DNA of 64,000 bases from Naegleria gruberi (lineage: Eukaryota): the NCBI GenBank assembly GCA_000004985.1, contig GG738845.1, one strand, 5' to 3'. The notes beneath the pieces were generated by a model that saw only the letters and a program-made list of their open reading frames with translations, was not told the origin of the DNA and made no database searches. The number at the start of each line of letters is the position of its first letter. Positions within the stretch are counted from its first letter, which is position 1. The translations under genes were made by a program, and so were the position numbers. Positions 9,949 to 20,583 of the stretch are shown here, piece by piece.

Positions 9949-12639
9949 TTAATTATTGGGATCATTTCTAGAATAAGTGCCATCAGAGAACCAAATTTCC
10001 TCACTTCCATTGTTATCAACAAACTTAATTGTTTTATCTGGAAAAACAACCTCCTTCTCTCCTCCAGGAAAATGAGTTTCAATTTGGTTATTAGAGAATT
10101 TGTACATTTCAGCACCTGTTGGATATGTAATTTGGGTTGTTTTTAAGTTATTGAAAAAGTAAATAACCAATCCATCCTCAAAGGTCTTTTTGATATCACC
10201 ATTATTGAAATAGATTAGACTAGATCTATCAGGTAATATTTTCTTAACACTTCCATTTGAAAACTCCACATCTCTTCTTCCTGTATTGAAAAGAATTTCA
10301 ATTTTTCCTTTCCCAACTTCTCTTCTACTGGTTACTACTTCTCCAAAATTTTCATTTTCCCATGTTACATTGAAATGACTATCGCTCACCTGGAAGGTTT
10401 TTTTTAATAGCCCAAGTTTGTGATTATTAGGATAAAGAGATTTAACTAAGGGTATCTTTTCCATTACTTTTGTTGACATGGTTTCTGGAAGAGGCTTGAT
10501 ATTCACATCCTTATTTGGTGTGATTGGTGTTTTAGGATTTTGTTGGGAATTGACCTTTGTATTGGTGGTAATGCTAGGACTTGAGTTAATAGATGGTTGA
10601 GAAATATTATCTTTTGATTGCTTTTTCCTAAAATTGTTATCGATTCTTTCTAATTCCCTCTTTTTAAGATTCTCCTCAAGCTCTATTATCTTTTCTTGTA
10701 ATTGTTCATTTCTTGATTTGAGAGCTTGGATATTTGATTTAAGTTTGGACCTTTCATTCTTAAATTCAGTAGTCAACTTTTCTATTTTTTCCTTAAGATC
10801 GTTGACTTCTTTCTCATGTTCTTTCCTACTCAGTGATTGTTGCTGATCTTTGATATTTCTTTCTAGAATTCTTCTTTCTCGTTTTAACTTTTGTGTTTCT
10901 TCCTGTTTATATTTTTCAAACTTTTCTCGTTCCTCTTCTGTAAATCGTTTAAACTCTGATTTTTCACATTCAATGTTTTGCCTTTCTGCTTGAAGCTCAT
11001 CTTTCAGTCTCCTAGTTTTTTCATTTTCATTCTTATAAAATATTAGTTGCTCTTCCAATTCTTGAAGTTTTAATTCTTCTTGCTCTTTCAGTTTTTTATC
11101 CTCTTTCTTTTTTTCAATCTTTTCCTTAATTTGTCTTTTCTTTTCTTCCTCTTGAGATTTTGGAAGAAAGAAGTTAGATATTATTGATCTACTATTTGAT
11201 ATTTTGGCTTTATGGGGGTCTTCATCATTTGGTGGTTGTTGGTTTGTTTTTTGACTTGTAATTGGTTTTTGCTCATAATTATAAGGATTATATACATTAT
11301 TACGATTAATAAAAGTTCCCCATCCTTCTTCGTCCTCTTGGTTGATTGAATCTTCTTCTAGGAACAGATCATTAGGAATAGATGGTTCGGAGAAGTAGGC
11401 TTTCAAAGTTTTTTCTTGTTTAGATTCTTGATTATTAATCACTTGTTGCTCCTTTGGTAAAGATTGAAGTGTTTTGACAACTTGTGGAGATTCAGTCTTT
11501 GTTGGTTTCTCTATCTTTTTCGTGTCTGGTTGTTTTTTAAGAGGTTCGTTCTTTCTTTGATTGGAAAGACTTGTTTTGAGAGGAACATCTTGTTTTTGTT
11601 CTGTTTTTTGAGCTGTATCCTGAGATTTGGATTTTAGGATTGCTTCCTTTGAATGTTTGTTTGTAGGAGGTACATATGTTCCTGGTTTTGAGATTTTGTT
11701 CAGCAAATTTCCCCATCTGGAATTCCTTTTCAACATTTTGAATTTTATGGAAGATTCCTCATCATCCTTATATTCATTTTCATAACTATTGGGGGAAGTG
11801 GTAGTAGATTTGGGAGAAGATTGCTTACTTTCTGATCTGTGGGGAATTGGAATTTCTTCAACGTTAGTAATTTTAGCACTGTTGAGACTTGATGTGTTAG
11901 GTTGATAAGTAGTGATTATTGACTGAGAAGACTCGTTTCCAGACTGATAGGATTGTTTAGATTTTGGTGTTAAGGTTTTTGGAATATACATGTGGAAAGA
12001 TCTTTGTTCCTTAGGTTTGGTTTCCTCTTCCTCAGAATCTGAATGTTCACCTTCTAGCTCCAAATGATTGAAAGAGGTATTTTCTTCGCCATCTGAATCA
12101 TTAGAGTCATTATTATAATAGTACGTCTCATAATCCTCTGGTTCTTGTAATTCTTCTAATGAGTTCTCGTTGTCATTATTAATAATATTATTAAAGTACT
12201 CATTATTTACAAAATTTGGAGTGTTATTTTCTGTTGTGTATCTGTATTCCTCATCCTCTTCACCCATATCATCATTTGTAATATCTTTTCCGATAGTTTC
12301 AGTGTTGTCAATAAAATTTTTGTATTCTTCCTCATCCTCTTCCTCATTTTCGTTCCATTCTGGGTGCATAGGCTGGAAATATTGTTGAATAGATGAAGTA
12401 AGGAAAGCATCTTTGAGTGTTGCCATTTTGTTTTCTTTTGTTGGATCCATTTTAAAAATAGAGTGGAATGTAGAATTTCGGCGGGAATCAACATTTGTAT
12501 CACAATTTTCAATTTCCTTTTCAACATTTTCAGCTTTATAAATGTCGCTTATTTCATTCATATTTGTTTCTTCTAAATATGTTGCAAATAATGTTTTATG
12601 TGATATTGTCTCCTCAGATGAAACAGGAAATGATGACAT
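9949..12639 (-). CDS. CPAP / SAS-4 (CENPJ)-like centriolar protein: acidic N-terminus, central coiled coil, C-terminal TCP10_C (G-box) repeats
   Basis: 896-aa uninterrupted ORF. The C-terminus carries the repeated G-box beta-hairpin motif ILFNTGRRDVEFSNGSVKKILPDRSSLIYFNNGDIKKTFEDGLVIYFFNN...ITYPTGAEMYKFSNNQIETHFPGGEKEVVFPDKTIKFVDNNGSEEIWFSDGT (compare CPAP ...YFPDGSIKHI...FPNGT...YADGS...FPDGT). It is preceded by a K/E-rich coiled coil. Confidence 0.75.
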   Translation of the reverse strand: MSSFPVSSEETISHKTLFATYLEETNMNEISDIYKAENVEKEIENCDTNVDSRRNSTFHSIFKMDPTKENKMATLKDAFLTSSIQQYFQPMHPEWNENEEEDEEEYKNFIDNTETIGKDITNDDMGEEDEEYRYTTENNTPNFVNNEYFNNIINNDNENSLEELQEPEDYETYYYNNDSNDSDGEENTSFNHLELEGEHSDSEEEETKPKEQRSFHMYIPKTLTPKSKQSYQSGNESSQSIITTYQPNTSSLNSAKITNVEEIPIPHRSESKQSSPKSTTTSPNSYENEYKDDEESSIKFKMLKRNSRWGNLLNKISKPGTYVPPTNKHSKEAILKSKSQDTAQKTEQKQDVPLKTSLSNQRKNEPLKKQPDTKKIEKPTKTESPQVVKTLQSLPKEQQVINNQESKQEKTLKAYFSEPSIPNDLFLEEDSINQEDEEGWGTFINRNNVYNPYNYEQKPITSQKTNQQPPNDEDPHKAKISNSRSIISNFFLPKSQEEEKKRQIKEKIEKKKEDKKLKEQEELKLQELEEQLIFYKNENEKTRRLKDELQAERQNIECEKSEFKRFTEEEREKFEKYKQEETQKLKRERRILERNIKDQQQSLSRKEHEKEVNDLKEKIEKLTTEFKNERSKLKSNIQALKSRNEQLQEKIIELEENLKKRELERIDNNFRKKQSKDNISQPSINSSPSITTNTKVNSQQNPKTPITPNKDVNIKPLPETMSTKVMEKIPLVKSLYPNNHKLGLLKKTFQVSDSHFNVTWENENFGEVVTSRREVGKGKIEILFNTGRRDVEFSNGSVKKILPDRSSLIYFNNGDIKKTFEDGLVIYFFNNLKTTQITYPTGAEMYKFSNNQIETHFPGGEKEVVFPDKTIKFVDNNGSEEIWFSDGTYSRNDPNN

Positions 12640-12756
12640 TTTTTTTGATTAAGATTGCGTCCAGCCATTCACCGAGAACCACTTGGATAATAATGAATCC
12701 AAATATTATTCATTAATTTGTTGATAATATTTTTTTATTTTTGATGTTCAAAAAAA

Positions 12757-15220
12757 ATGACACAAAAACAGTCCAAGAACAAAGTTGTAGAGAAACTGAA
12801 GAAAAAAGGTTCCGGAGGAAACAAGAAGCAAGAGAACGTTAGCAGTGGAAATGAAGACCCACGTTTTGCTATTATGCATAAAGATCCAAAATTTTTACCT
12901 GTCGAAGCAAAAACAGTAATTAGTGATCCTAGATTATATGAAATCTTGGACCCTTCTTTTACAATGCTCAAGAAGAGCAGAGATGCCTCTGGTAAACAAA
13001 AAGAACAAGCTGTAAAAAACACATTAAAGGGTATTTACAACTTTGAAAAGGATCCGATGGCAATGAGAGTCGCAAAACTCAAACAAGCAAAAAAGGAAAT
13101 GGAAGAGGAAGAAGGAAAAGATCACGAGTCAGACTATGATAGTGACGATTCTATTGAAGATGCAAAGGAAATGATTGGAAAGAAAGATAAAAAGCCACTT
13201 ACAGCAACTGATATATTTGAAGGGGATGAATCTGAGGAAGAAGAAGAAGAAGAAATGGACTTTGATAAATTTTTGGAATCTTTGGAAGGTAGACCAGAAC
13301 TAGAAAATGTAGAGTGGAATGAGGAATGGGAAGATGCCTATGACTTTGATGATGAAGATGCAGCTGTTCTCAAGGCTGTAGGTCAAGAAGTTGATAGTGA
13401 AAATATTCCTGAGGAACAACAAGATTTATGGGACGTAAGTTTGATTTATTACTTAAATTTCTCATTATTTCAAAAGAAATATGTAGACGATCAAAAACAA
13501 ATTAAAATGATTGAAGAGGGCGAAGAAACTAGAAGAATTGCTGTAATGAACTGTGATTGGAATCTTGTTGATAGTGATGATTTATTTGTCCTCTTTTCTT
13601 CAATGTGTCCACCTTCTGGAAAGATAGTTGGTGTTACAGTTTATTTATCTGATTTTGGTAAGCAACAAAGGGAGAGTGAAGCTGTTAGTGGACCTGGAAA
13701 TTTGTTTTATGATGAAAATGATTACAGTAAGTTATTTGTTAACTCATTTATTAACAAAATTAGAAAATCTTGAAAATGTAAAGAAAAAGATTGCAGAGTT
13801 AAAGGAAGATAGTAGAAACTCCCGTCTTGTTTCAAGAAGAGAAAAAAAGAATAAGGATAATATTAAAGTTGAGACTGAAGTAGAACAAGCTGAAACCAAT
13901 GATGAAATGTTAGACCCTGTTAAAGTGAGAGAATATGAATTCAAAAAGATGAAATATTACTTTGCTGTTATTGAATGTGACAGCTCTCAAACAGCAACTT
14001 ATTTGTATAACGAGTGTGATGGGTTTGAATTTGAATCCACATCTATCTTGCTAGATTTAAGATTCATTCCAGACAGTTTAGACTTCAGTGAAAGAGAAAT
14101 CAAGTAAGTTTCAGAGATTGTGTAATATTCCTTACAGTTTTAAGATCTCAATGCACTTCAGTTCCAGCAGATTACAAACCAAAACAAAATATGTACTCCA
14201 AACCACTCAAATCATCATCTGTAGATTTGACTTGGGATACTAATAATCCAGAAAGAGAGGTATTGAAGAAAGACTTTAAAGATGTTAGCGAAGAAGCATT
14301 AATGTAAGTTTTATTGAAATAAGCATTTTTTACCATATTACTTACTGTATAGGAAATTTATTGCCAACTCAGATGATGACTCCAGTTCCTCATCAGATGA
14401 AGAAGTAGAAGAAAAAGTTGTAGAAGAAAATACTGATACAACTGAGGAAAAAACGCAAAAGAAGAAGGATAAAAAGGAAAAGAAGAAATTAGAAAAGAAA
14501 AAGTATAAGGATTTGATCAAGTATGCCAAAAAGAAAGAGAAGGAAAAGGAGGCTATTATGAGTGGCAATAGTGAGGATGCATCACACAATATTGAGTTTG
14601 TTTTACATGAAGGTTTAAAAGACACCATCCAAAAAGAAGTTGTAAACAAGCAAAAAGAAAAGGAAAAATTGGAAAATGAATCATGGTGGGAGACTGCAGA
14701 GAGAAAGAGAAAAGAAAAGAAAAAACAACAGAGAAAAGAAAGATTAAAGAAGATAATGAGTTCTGATCAAGATGGTGTTGAAGATGAGCAAGAGATTGAT
14801 GAAGATGATTTATTAGGAGAACAAAAATTGGCGGTAAGAGAAAAGGAGAAACAAAAACAAAAGAAGGAAGAGGAAGAAAAGCGAAAACAAAACTTGGAAT
14901 TATTAATGTCAGATTATAGTGCTGAAAAGGGATTTGATATTAAACGTGACACTGATAGAGAAATAACAAGAAGAAGAAAGAATCAAGAGTCCAAGAAAAA
15001 GAATGAGGAAAACGAAAATGAAGCTCCACTAATTATAGGAGATGACAGATTTACTGATGTCTTCCTTGATCCAGAATTCCATTTAGATCAAACTCACCCT
15101 AAGTACAAGAAAACTAATCTTACTTCCAAAATAATGGAAAAGAGAAGAGAGGAAAGTTTAAAGAGACAAGAAAAGGAAGAGTCACTTTATTCTTCAAAAT
15201 TGAAAAAGAGAAAATTATAA
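12757..15220 (+). CDS. ESF1: ESF1 (18S rRNA-processing factor, NUC153 domain) homolog; 5 exons
   Basis: Exons 12757-13434, 13477-13726, 13764-14103, 14145-14303, 14353-15220. Introns are 42 nt (in-frame, least certain), 37, 41 and 49 nt, all with GTAAGT donors and AG acceptors. The spliced product matches ESF1 across the introns: RIAVMNCDWNLVDSDDLFVLFSSMCPPSGKIVGVTVYLSDFGKQ..., VKVREYEFKKMKYYFAVIECDSSQTATYLYNECDGFEFESTSILLDLRFIPDSLDF..., ADYKPKQNMYSKP...DLTWDTNNPEREVLKKDFKDVSEEALMKFIANSDDDSSSSSDEE. Confidence 0.85.
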
Positions 15221-15222
15221 AC

Positions 15223-16638
15223 TCAATTATGTACAGTTGTTTCAACAGATTTACATGGTAAAAGTAGGCAATACTTTTCATCTTCAAAAATAATAGAAGC
15301 GAATGTTCCACTGGCAGCTCTAAAAAGTCTATCAAAAAGTGAGTCTGCATGTTCAATATCAACGTTCAATAAATTTGGAAGTAAAATAGCTTTAGCGTTT
15401 TCAATTTTTTCACAATCTCTCAAAACCTGAAACACCTTATTTCTAGCAATATTAATATCACTAGAAGGTGACAAATCAATGTAGTGCATACAATGAGAAC
15501 TTAAATGGTTGAGCTTTCCTCCAAAATCAACCAATATAGAATCTTCAATGGATACACGAGTTGTTTTTTCTGATGCAGCACAATTTACACTTGTTTGACT
15601 ATCCAAAATAAATGCAGGTACATATGGAGCATAATGAGTAATCAATTGACCAGGAGCAATTTGAGCAGTGTTATCATTCATTTTTACACTGTATGTTTGA
15701 TGACGAGCCTCCACTTTAACTTCAGGAATTGTACCACGAGTGTTGCTTTCTTCCAAAATAAATTCTTGTACACTCTTTTTTAATTGTTCAAGTGAAATTC
15801 CTCCTCTTCGTAACACTTCAATTTTTAATGACTTGTCTTCAAGTTCTGAAATTTTTGCCACTGTACTTTCAATACCAACACTACATTCTGTTTTACTTTC
15901 AGAATTATTTTCCTCTTCCAAAACAAGAATTCTGAATACGTTTTCATTATCAATTTCATCTTTTCCATATAATCCTAAATCCTCCATCACATGTGAAGCT
16001 CTTGTTGGAGAAATGTGACCAAATCTATTTGCTGATGGAGCACTGATTGGTAATTTGCAATGCTCTAATAATTTACGAATTATTGGATGAGCAGGAACTC
16101 TAATACCAACAAATCCTGTACTAGCGGTCACACAATCTGGTATTACTTGTTCATTAGATTTGCTGACAAGTGTGAGTGGACCCGGCCAGAAGGTTGCTGC
16201 CAAATGTTCATATAGCCTCATATGGAGACTATTCTCCTCAATGGTAATGTATTTTTTTGCTTGATCTACATCTAACACATGTACAATAACAGGATCGGTT
16301 AGCGGTCTTTTTTTTGCTTTGAAAATGGAATAAACAGCCTTTTCATCCAAAGCATTGGCCCCTAGTCCATAAACTGTCTCTGTTGGAAATGATACCAAAC
16401 CACCATTTCTCAAGTGTTCACTGCATTCCTCGTAAATATTAAAGTCATGTCCATTTCCAACTCTGTAGACAATTCCGTTATGAACATCCTCATAATATGA
16501 GGAGGTATCACTGTGTTGTTGATGAGTCATTTTTTTGAGTGTAGAGAATGAGAGTAAAAGTGGCCAAGTTCTGCTTGATGCAATTGCAAACTGCGTTTTT
16601 GAAAATGTATTAATTCTTTTTTTAAATATCGCTTTCAT
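15223..16638 (-). CDS. Sua5/YrdC-family threonylcarbamoyl-AMP synthase (t6A biosynthesis), with N-terminal extension
   Basis: YrdC core motif ...GGLVSFPTETVYGLGANALDEKAVYSIFKAKKRPLTDPVIVHV... plus a C-terminal Sua5-type domain. Its stop lies 2 bp from the ESF1 stop (convergent). Confidence 0.85.
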   Translation of the reverse strand: MKAIFKKRINTFSKTQFAIASSRTWPLLLSFSTLKKMTHQQHSDTSSYYEDVHNGIVYRVGNGHDFNIYEECSEHLRNGGLVSFPTETVYGLGANALDEKAVYSIFKAKKRPLTDPVIVHVLDVDQAKKYITIEENSLHMRLYEHLAATFWPGPLTLVSKSNEQVIPDCVTASTGFVGIRVPAHPIIRKLLEHCKLPISAPSANRFGHISPTRASHVMEDLGLYGKDEIDNENVFRILVLEEENNSESKTECSVGIESTVAKISELEDKSLKIEVLRRGGISLEQLKKSVQEFILEESNTRGTIPEVKVEARHQTYSVKMNDNTAQIAPGQLITHYAPYVPAFILDSQTSVNCAASEKTTRVSIEDSILVDFGGKLNHLSSHCMHYIDLSPSSDINIARNKVFQVLRDCEKIENAKAILLPNLLNVDIEHADSLFDRLFRAASGTFASIIFEDEKYCLLLPCKSVETTVHN

Positions 16639-16790
16639 TATCAGATACGAATTTAATAATAAATTGTTGCTGAATAAAATTAATATTATTTTAATTTGAA
16701 ATTGTTTGTTAATTATTGTGATGTTTACGAAAGGAGGTAAAAGTTTGTTGAAGTTTGGAAATTAGAAATTTTTTATGATTTTTAAAAAAA

Positions 16791-17930
16791 ATGTCAAGCA
16801 AAAAATACAATAGGTATATCGACAAGACTTCAATACCAGGTCACGAAGAAAAGGAGAAGAAGGTTAATCAAAAAATTGATGATGTGAAAGAAGCTTTGGA
16901 AAAAGATACTAGTGCTCCATCATGGTTAAAAGGAGGTGCTTACACTGAAGAGGATAATCCAAATGGTCTTGCTGATCGTTCCGATTTTGTTATTTTGTTT
17001 CCGGAATATAGAGAGCAATACTTGAAAGAGCATTTTACTGTAATAGAATCAACTTTGGGTGCATCACCATTTTACTTGAAAACAACACTGAATTGCAAGG
17101 AAGGAAAGATTATTATAGAAACCACAGAAAGAACATTTGATCCATTTATTATTTTCAAAGGTAGAGATTGCTTACAATTGGTTTCAAGAGGAGTGGCATT
17201 TGAAGAAGCTAAAAGAGTTCTTGAGGATAACGTTTTTTCTGAAGTAATGAAGATTGGAAATCTCTGTAGAAATAAGGAGGTTTTTACAAAGAGAAGACAG
17301 AGACTTTTTGGACCAGATGGTTCTACTTTGAAGGCTCTCCAACTTTTGACAGGTTGTTTCATATTTATTCAAGGTAAAACTGTTAGTGTTATTGGAGAAG
17401 TCAATGGAATCAAGCTCGTATCTGAGGTGATTACCGACTGCATGAATAATATCCATCCAATCTATCACATCAAACAGCTCATGGTTAAAAAGGAATTGAA
17501 AAACAGCTCTGAATATGCAAACGTATCATGGGATAAATATTTGCCAAAGTTTAAAAAGACTGTGAACAAGTCAATTGTCAAAAAAAAGAAAAAGAAAATT
17601 CAAAAGAAAGAATATACACCATTTCCAAACGCACCTGAAAAGAGTAAGAAGGATATTGAAATTGAAACTGGTGAATATTTCTTATCAAAAGAAGAAAAGC
17701 AACTTAAGCAAGTTTCTGAAAGAACTGAAAAACAAAAAGAAAAGAAGGAAGAAAAGAAGAAACAACAAGACAAGCTATATGAAGCTCCAAAAGAGGAAAA
17801 TCCAAAGAAGAGAAAGCACCAAAATGACGAAAATAATGATGATTTGATTAAGAAGATTTCTGAAAGACAATCAAATGTGACGACACAACAAAATAAGAAG
17901 GTTAAGGCTGAAGATTTTATAGATAATTAA
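16791..17930 (+). CDS. KRR1: KRR1 small-subunit processome component (KH domain)
   Basis: Collinear with KRR1: ILFPEYREQYLKEHF..., TFDPFIIFKGRDCLQLVSRGVAFEEAKRVLEDN..., RRQRLFGPDGSTLKALQLLTGCFIFIQGKTVSVIG..., NIHPIYHIKQLMVKKEL..., KKEYTPFP, followed by a lysine-rich tail. Confidence 0.9.
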   Translation: MSSKKYNRYIDKTSIPGHEEKEKKVNQKIDDVKEALEKDTSAPSWLKGGAYTEEDNPNGLADRSDFVILFPEYREQYLKEHFTVIESTLGASPFYLKTTLNCKEGKIIIETTERTFDPFIIFKGRDCLQLVSRGVAFEEAKRVLEDNVFSEVMKIGNLCRNKEVFTKRRQRLFGPDGSTLKALQLLTGCFIFIQGKTVSVIGEVNGIKLVSEVITDCMNNIHPIYHIKQLMVKKELKNSSEYANVSWDKYLPKFKKTVNKSIVKKKKKKIQKKEYTPFPNAPEKSKKDIEIETGEYFLSKEEKQLKQVSERTEKQKEKKEEKKKQQDKLYEAPKEENPKKRKHQNDENNDDLIKKISERQSNVTTQQNKKVKAEDFIDN

Positions 17931-17934
17931 ATTA

Positions 17935-19080
17935 TTACTGTCTTTTATCTAAATTTTCAAGTACTTGATTGACTTCTTTTGTTTGTTGATGATTTTCACC
18001 GAGAACGTAAACAAATATTTCTCTAGCCTTTTCCAGATATTCTCTAGCCTTAGCAAAGTCTCCCAAAAATAATTTGAAAAACCCGTTTACAACATACACT
18101 TTCCCTGTTTCCACATGATTTTCTCCAAGATGTTCTGAATCTGTTCTCAAAATATGTTCTAACATTTTTTCAGCATCTCCAACTTTGTCTTCATCTAAAT
18201 CCTTTACAGAATTTTTAAATTGAATTCTCGCTTGTCTTGTTGAAACTTCAAGTGAACCATCCTCATTATCATTTGTTTGGGGTTTACCAACTAAAATAAT
18301 TGACGACAATTGGTCATACCAAATATCAACAACTTTTTTCATAAATGAAACACCTTTTTCAGATTTTCCTTGCATTGAAACAAATACATTGCCTAAATTG
18401 AAATAAGCAAAACTTGTAATTACATCATGAGTTCCATGCTCTAAAGCTAAATAATATACACTTGCTGCCATATTTTCAATGGCTTCATTAACCTTTCCTT
18501 GCTGAACATACAGTAAACCAAAATGTTGATGAAGTTCAGCTCTCAAGTTTGGTGGGCATTTTTCCTTGTTTTTCATACAGGTCCAATTTGCTATAGACAA
18601 ATATTCCTCTGCTTGTTTGAATTGATTTAATTGTTGGCTTGCCTTGGAAAGGAGGAAGTATGCTTCAACTTGTTGCAAAGCATCTTTTCCATACAGTTTT
18701 TGAATATATTCCAAAGCTTTTAAACCTCCGATAGTAGCCCTCTTAAAATCGCCCTCCTGCAAAATCATTGAACTCTCACTTAAGGCAACCTCGATAATCG
18801 CTTCCAAACTTAATTCAAGTTGTTTCATATGTTCTTGTTTTTGAGTTAGAGATGTTCCAGTAAAAGTTCCTTGTTGAGGAGAATTGAATTGAGTAATTAG
18901 GTTATTAAATTTTTGCTCTAATTGAATCCAGTTTAACCCTGATCGTTTATCCCTTCCTGTTGTTGTTGCTCCGTAACTTCCATTATCATTACTATTCAAT
19001 AATTGCTGGTTAGAGTTATTTCCTTCTGTCAGCCTGCTCAAATCGAGCGTTCCAATTTTCAGTGAAGGACTTGTAGACAT
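17935..19080 (-). CDS. TPR-like helical-repeat protein (381 aa), family unknown
   Basis: Uninterrupted ORF with repeated amphipathic helix pairs (AYFLLSKASQQLNQFKQAEEYLSIANW..., HFGLLYVQQGKVNEAIENMAASVYYLALEHG..., YFNLGNVFVSMQGKSEKGVSFMKK..., GKVYVVNGFFKLFLGDFAKAREYLEKAREIF). Its stop is 4 bp from the KRR1 stop. Confidence 0.65.
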   Translation of the reverse strand: MSTSPSLKIGTLDLSRLTEGNNSNQQLLNSNDNGSYGATTTGRDKRSGLNWIQLEQKFNNLITQFNSPQQGTFTGTSLTQKQEHMKQLELSLEAIIEVALSESSMILQEGDFKRATIGGLKALEYIQKLYGKDALQQVEAYFLLSKASQQLNQFKQAEEYLSIANWTCMKNKEKCPPNLRAELHQHFGLLYVQQGKVNEAIENMAASVYYLALEHGTHDVITSFAYFNLGNVFVSMQGKSEKGVSFMKKVVDIWYDQLSSIILVGKPQTNDNEDGSLEVSTRQARIQFKNSVKDLDEDKVGDAEKMLEHILRTDSEHLGENHVETGKVYVVNGFFKLFLGDFAKAREYLEKAREIFVYVLGENHQQTKEVNQVLENLDKRQ

Positions 19081-19130
19081 TTTTTTAAGTTATTTATTTT
19101 TATGGCGGGAAAGTCTGCTGTAGATCATTC

Positions 19131-20500
19131 TCAATTATCAAAGTCACGGAATCGAGATAGAATTTTTGGTGCTACAATAGCCCAAAAGAATAATAAAAGG
19201 CAAATCCATTGCGAAACAATCTTTACCCACATTGCTGCAAGTGAATGATCGACTGACCATTTCTCTTCATCATTTGAGAGTACATCCCAATTTACTAATA
19301 CGCAGCTCATATAACAACAGGAAAACATACAAACAAGATGGCAATAAAACATTTCTGAACATTCGGATCGTTTCGCTTCATCAGTTTCGTCGTTTTCATC
19401 ATTATCATTTTCCGTTCCATCTTCGTCACTATGTTTGCTCATACTGAAAAAACTTGAAAAGCTCAAACCAGTGCTAATAGCACTTCGTCTAGAGTTTTTA
19501 AGGTTAATTAATTAGTGAGTATTACATCATACTTACACAATGGAAAATATTGAGATCAAGAGACTGATAATTATAGTAATAATTGAGCTAGCGGTAGTAT
19601 TAGATCCTCCTTCCTGAGAAAAGCTAGCCAATTTGTTACAGGTCTGGTTTGGATAAGATGTCAAAGCTGTCCAACATACAAAAGATGTATACAGAAATAT
19701 TAAGCCTGTTGGATAAATACCTCTTTTTAGAACCATTGCCACAATTGTTGTAATTATTGAACAAACTATTGTAAAGCAAATGAAAAATCTATTCAAATGA
19801 CAATCAGGGCCACTACCAAAAAAAACAAATTCACATACTATAAATGCCAATCCAAGAATATAGAAAACTATTGCTAAACCAAGCATTAAATAATCCCATA
19901 CCCCATATGATGAATCATCACCTTTGGATCTGAACCATTCTGCTGAGCTAAAGGAAAAGTCAATTAAAATTATTAGTTGAATTATGATAAAAATACATGC
20001 TAAAACTAGAGACAACCATGCAAATCCATAGAAAAAGATATCTGTCATATGGATATAAGTAAATATGATAGATCTATTAACGTACCAGGTATGAAGAATG
20101 GAACAATTAGAAACACAATAAATAATGGAAGCTTGAGAATAAACCATTTGTGCTGAATATATAATCTTGCATTGTCTCCCACACAAAATAATCTTGATGC
20201 TAAAAAAGCAAACAAGAAGAAAAACATGAAACAACCGAAACATATCCTATAAACAGCATAATTACCACTTATTCTCACCAATACACTTTCAAAAAACCAT
20301 TCATAAATCTGCCTTCCAAAAGGTACATTATCAAAAAATCCAAACAATCCTTCTCTCAAAAACAGTGCAACAATAAATCCAAAAAATAAGAAGAAAGAGT
20401 ATGCTACCCGAGTGGCTGTCAGTTTTTTAGGTTTTAATTTTTTCAATTTTCCTCTCCAACCTTGCTCCTCCCCATAATCAAGATCCGAGTAGATGGCCAT
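19131..20500 (-). CDS. serine incorporator (SERINC/TMS1) family multipass membrane protein; 3 exons
   Basis: Exons 20086-20500, 19537-20041, 19131-19488. Introns are 20042-20085 (44 nt, GTACGT...ACAG) and 19489-19536 (48 nt, GTAAGT...TCTAG). The product matches SERINC throughout: NYAVYRICFGCFMFFFLFAF..., IIQLIILIDFSFSSAEWF...SSYGVWDYLMLGLAIVFYILGLAFIV..., and the C-terminus AAMWVKIVSQWICLLLFFWAIVAPKILSRFRDF (compare human [33 protein letters not shown]). Confidence 0.85.
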
Positions 20501-20583
20501 CTATTCAATTCTTCGATTTTTTTCTAATTGGCTTCTAGTAAAACTTTAAACGTTTAATATCATAAAAAATATTTTTAAAAAAA

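Noticed and set aside
13435-13476. Whether 13435-13476 in ESF1 is coding rather than an intron
   Set aside because: It is in-frame (42 nt, no stop), so it could be read through. It has a perfect GTAAGT...AG, the same size as confirmed introns, and its translation (VSLIYYLNFSLFQK) is atypical for the surrounding acidic region. It is therefore treated as a probable intron, but not with certainty.
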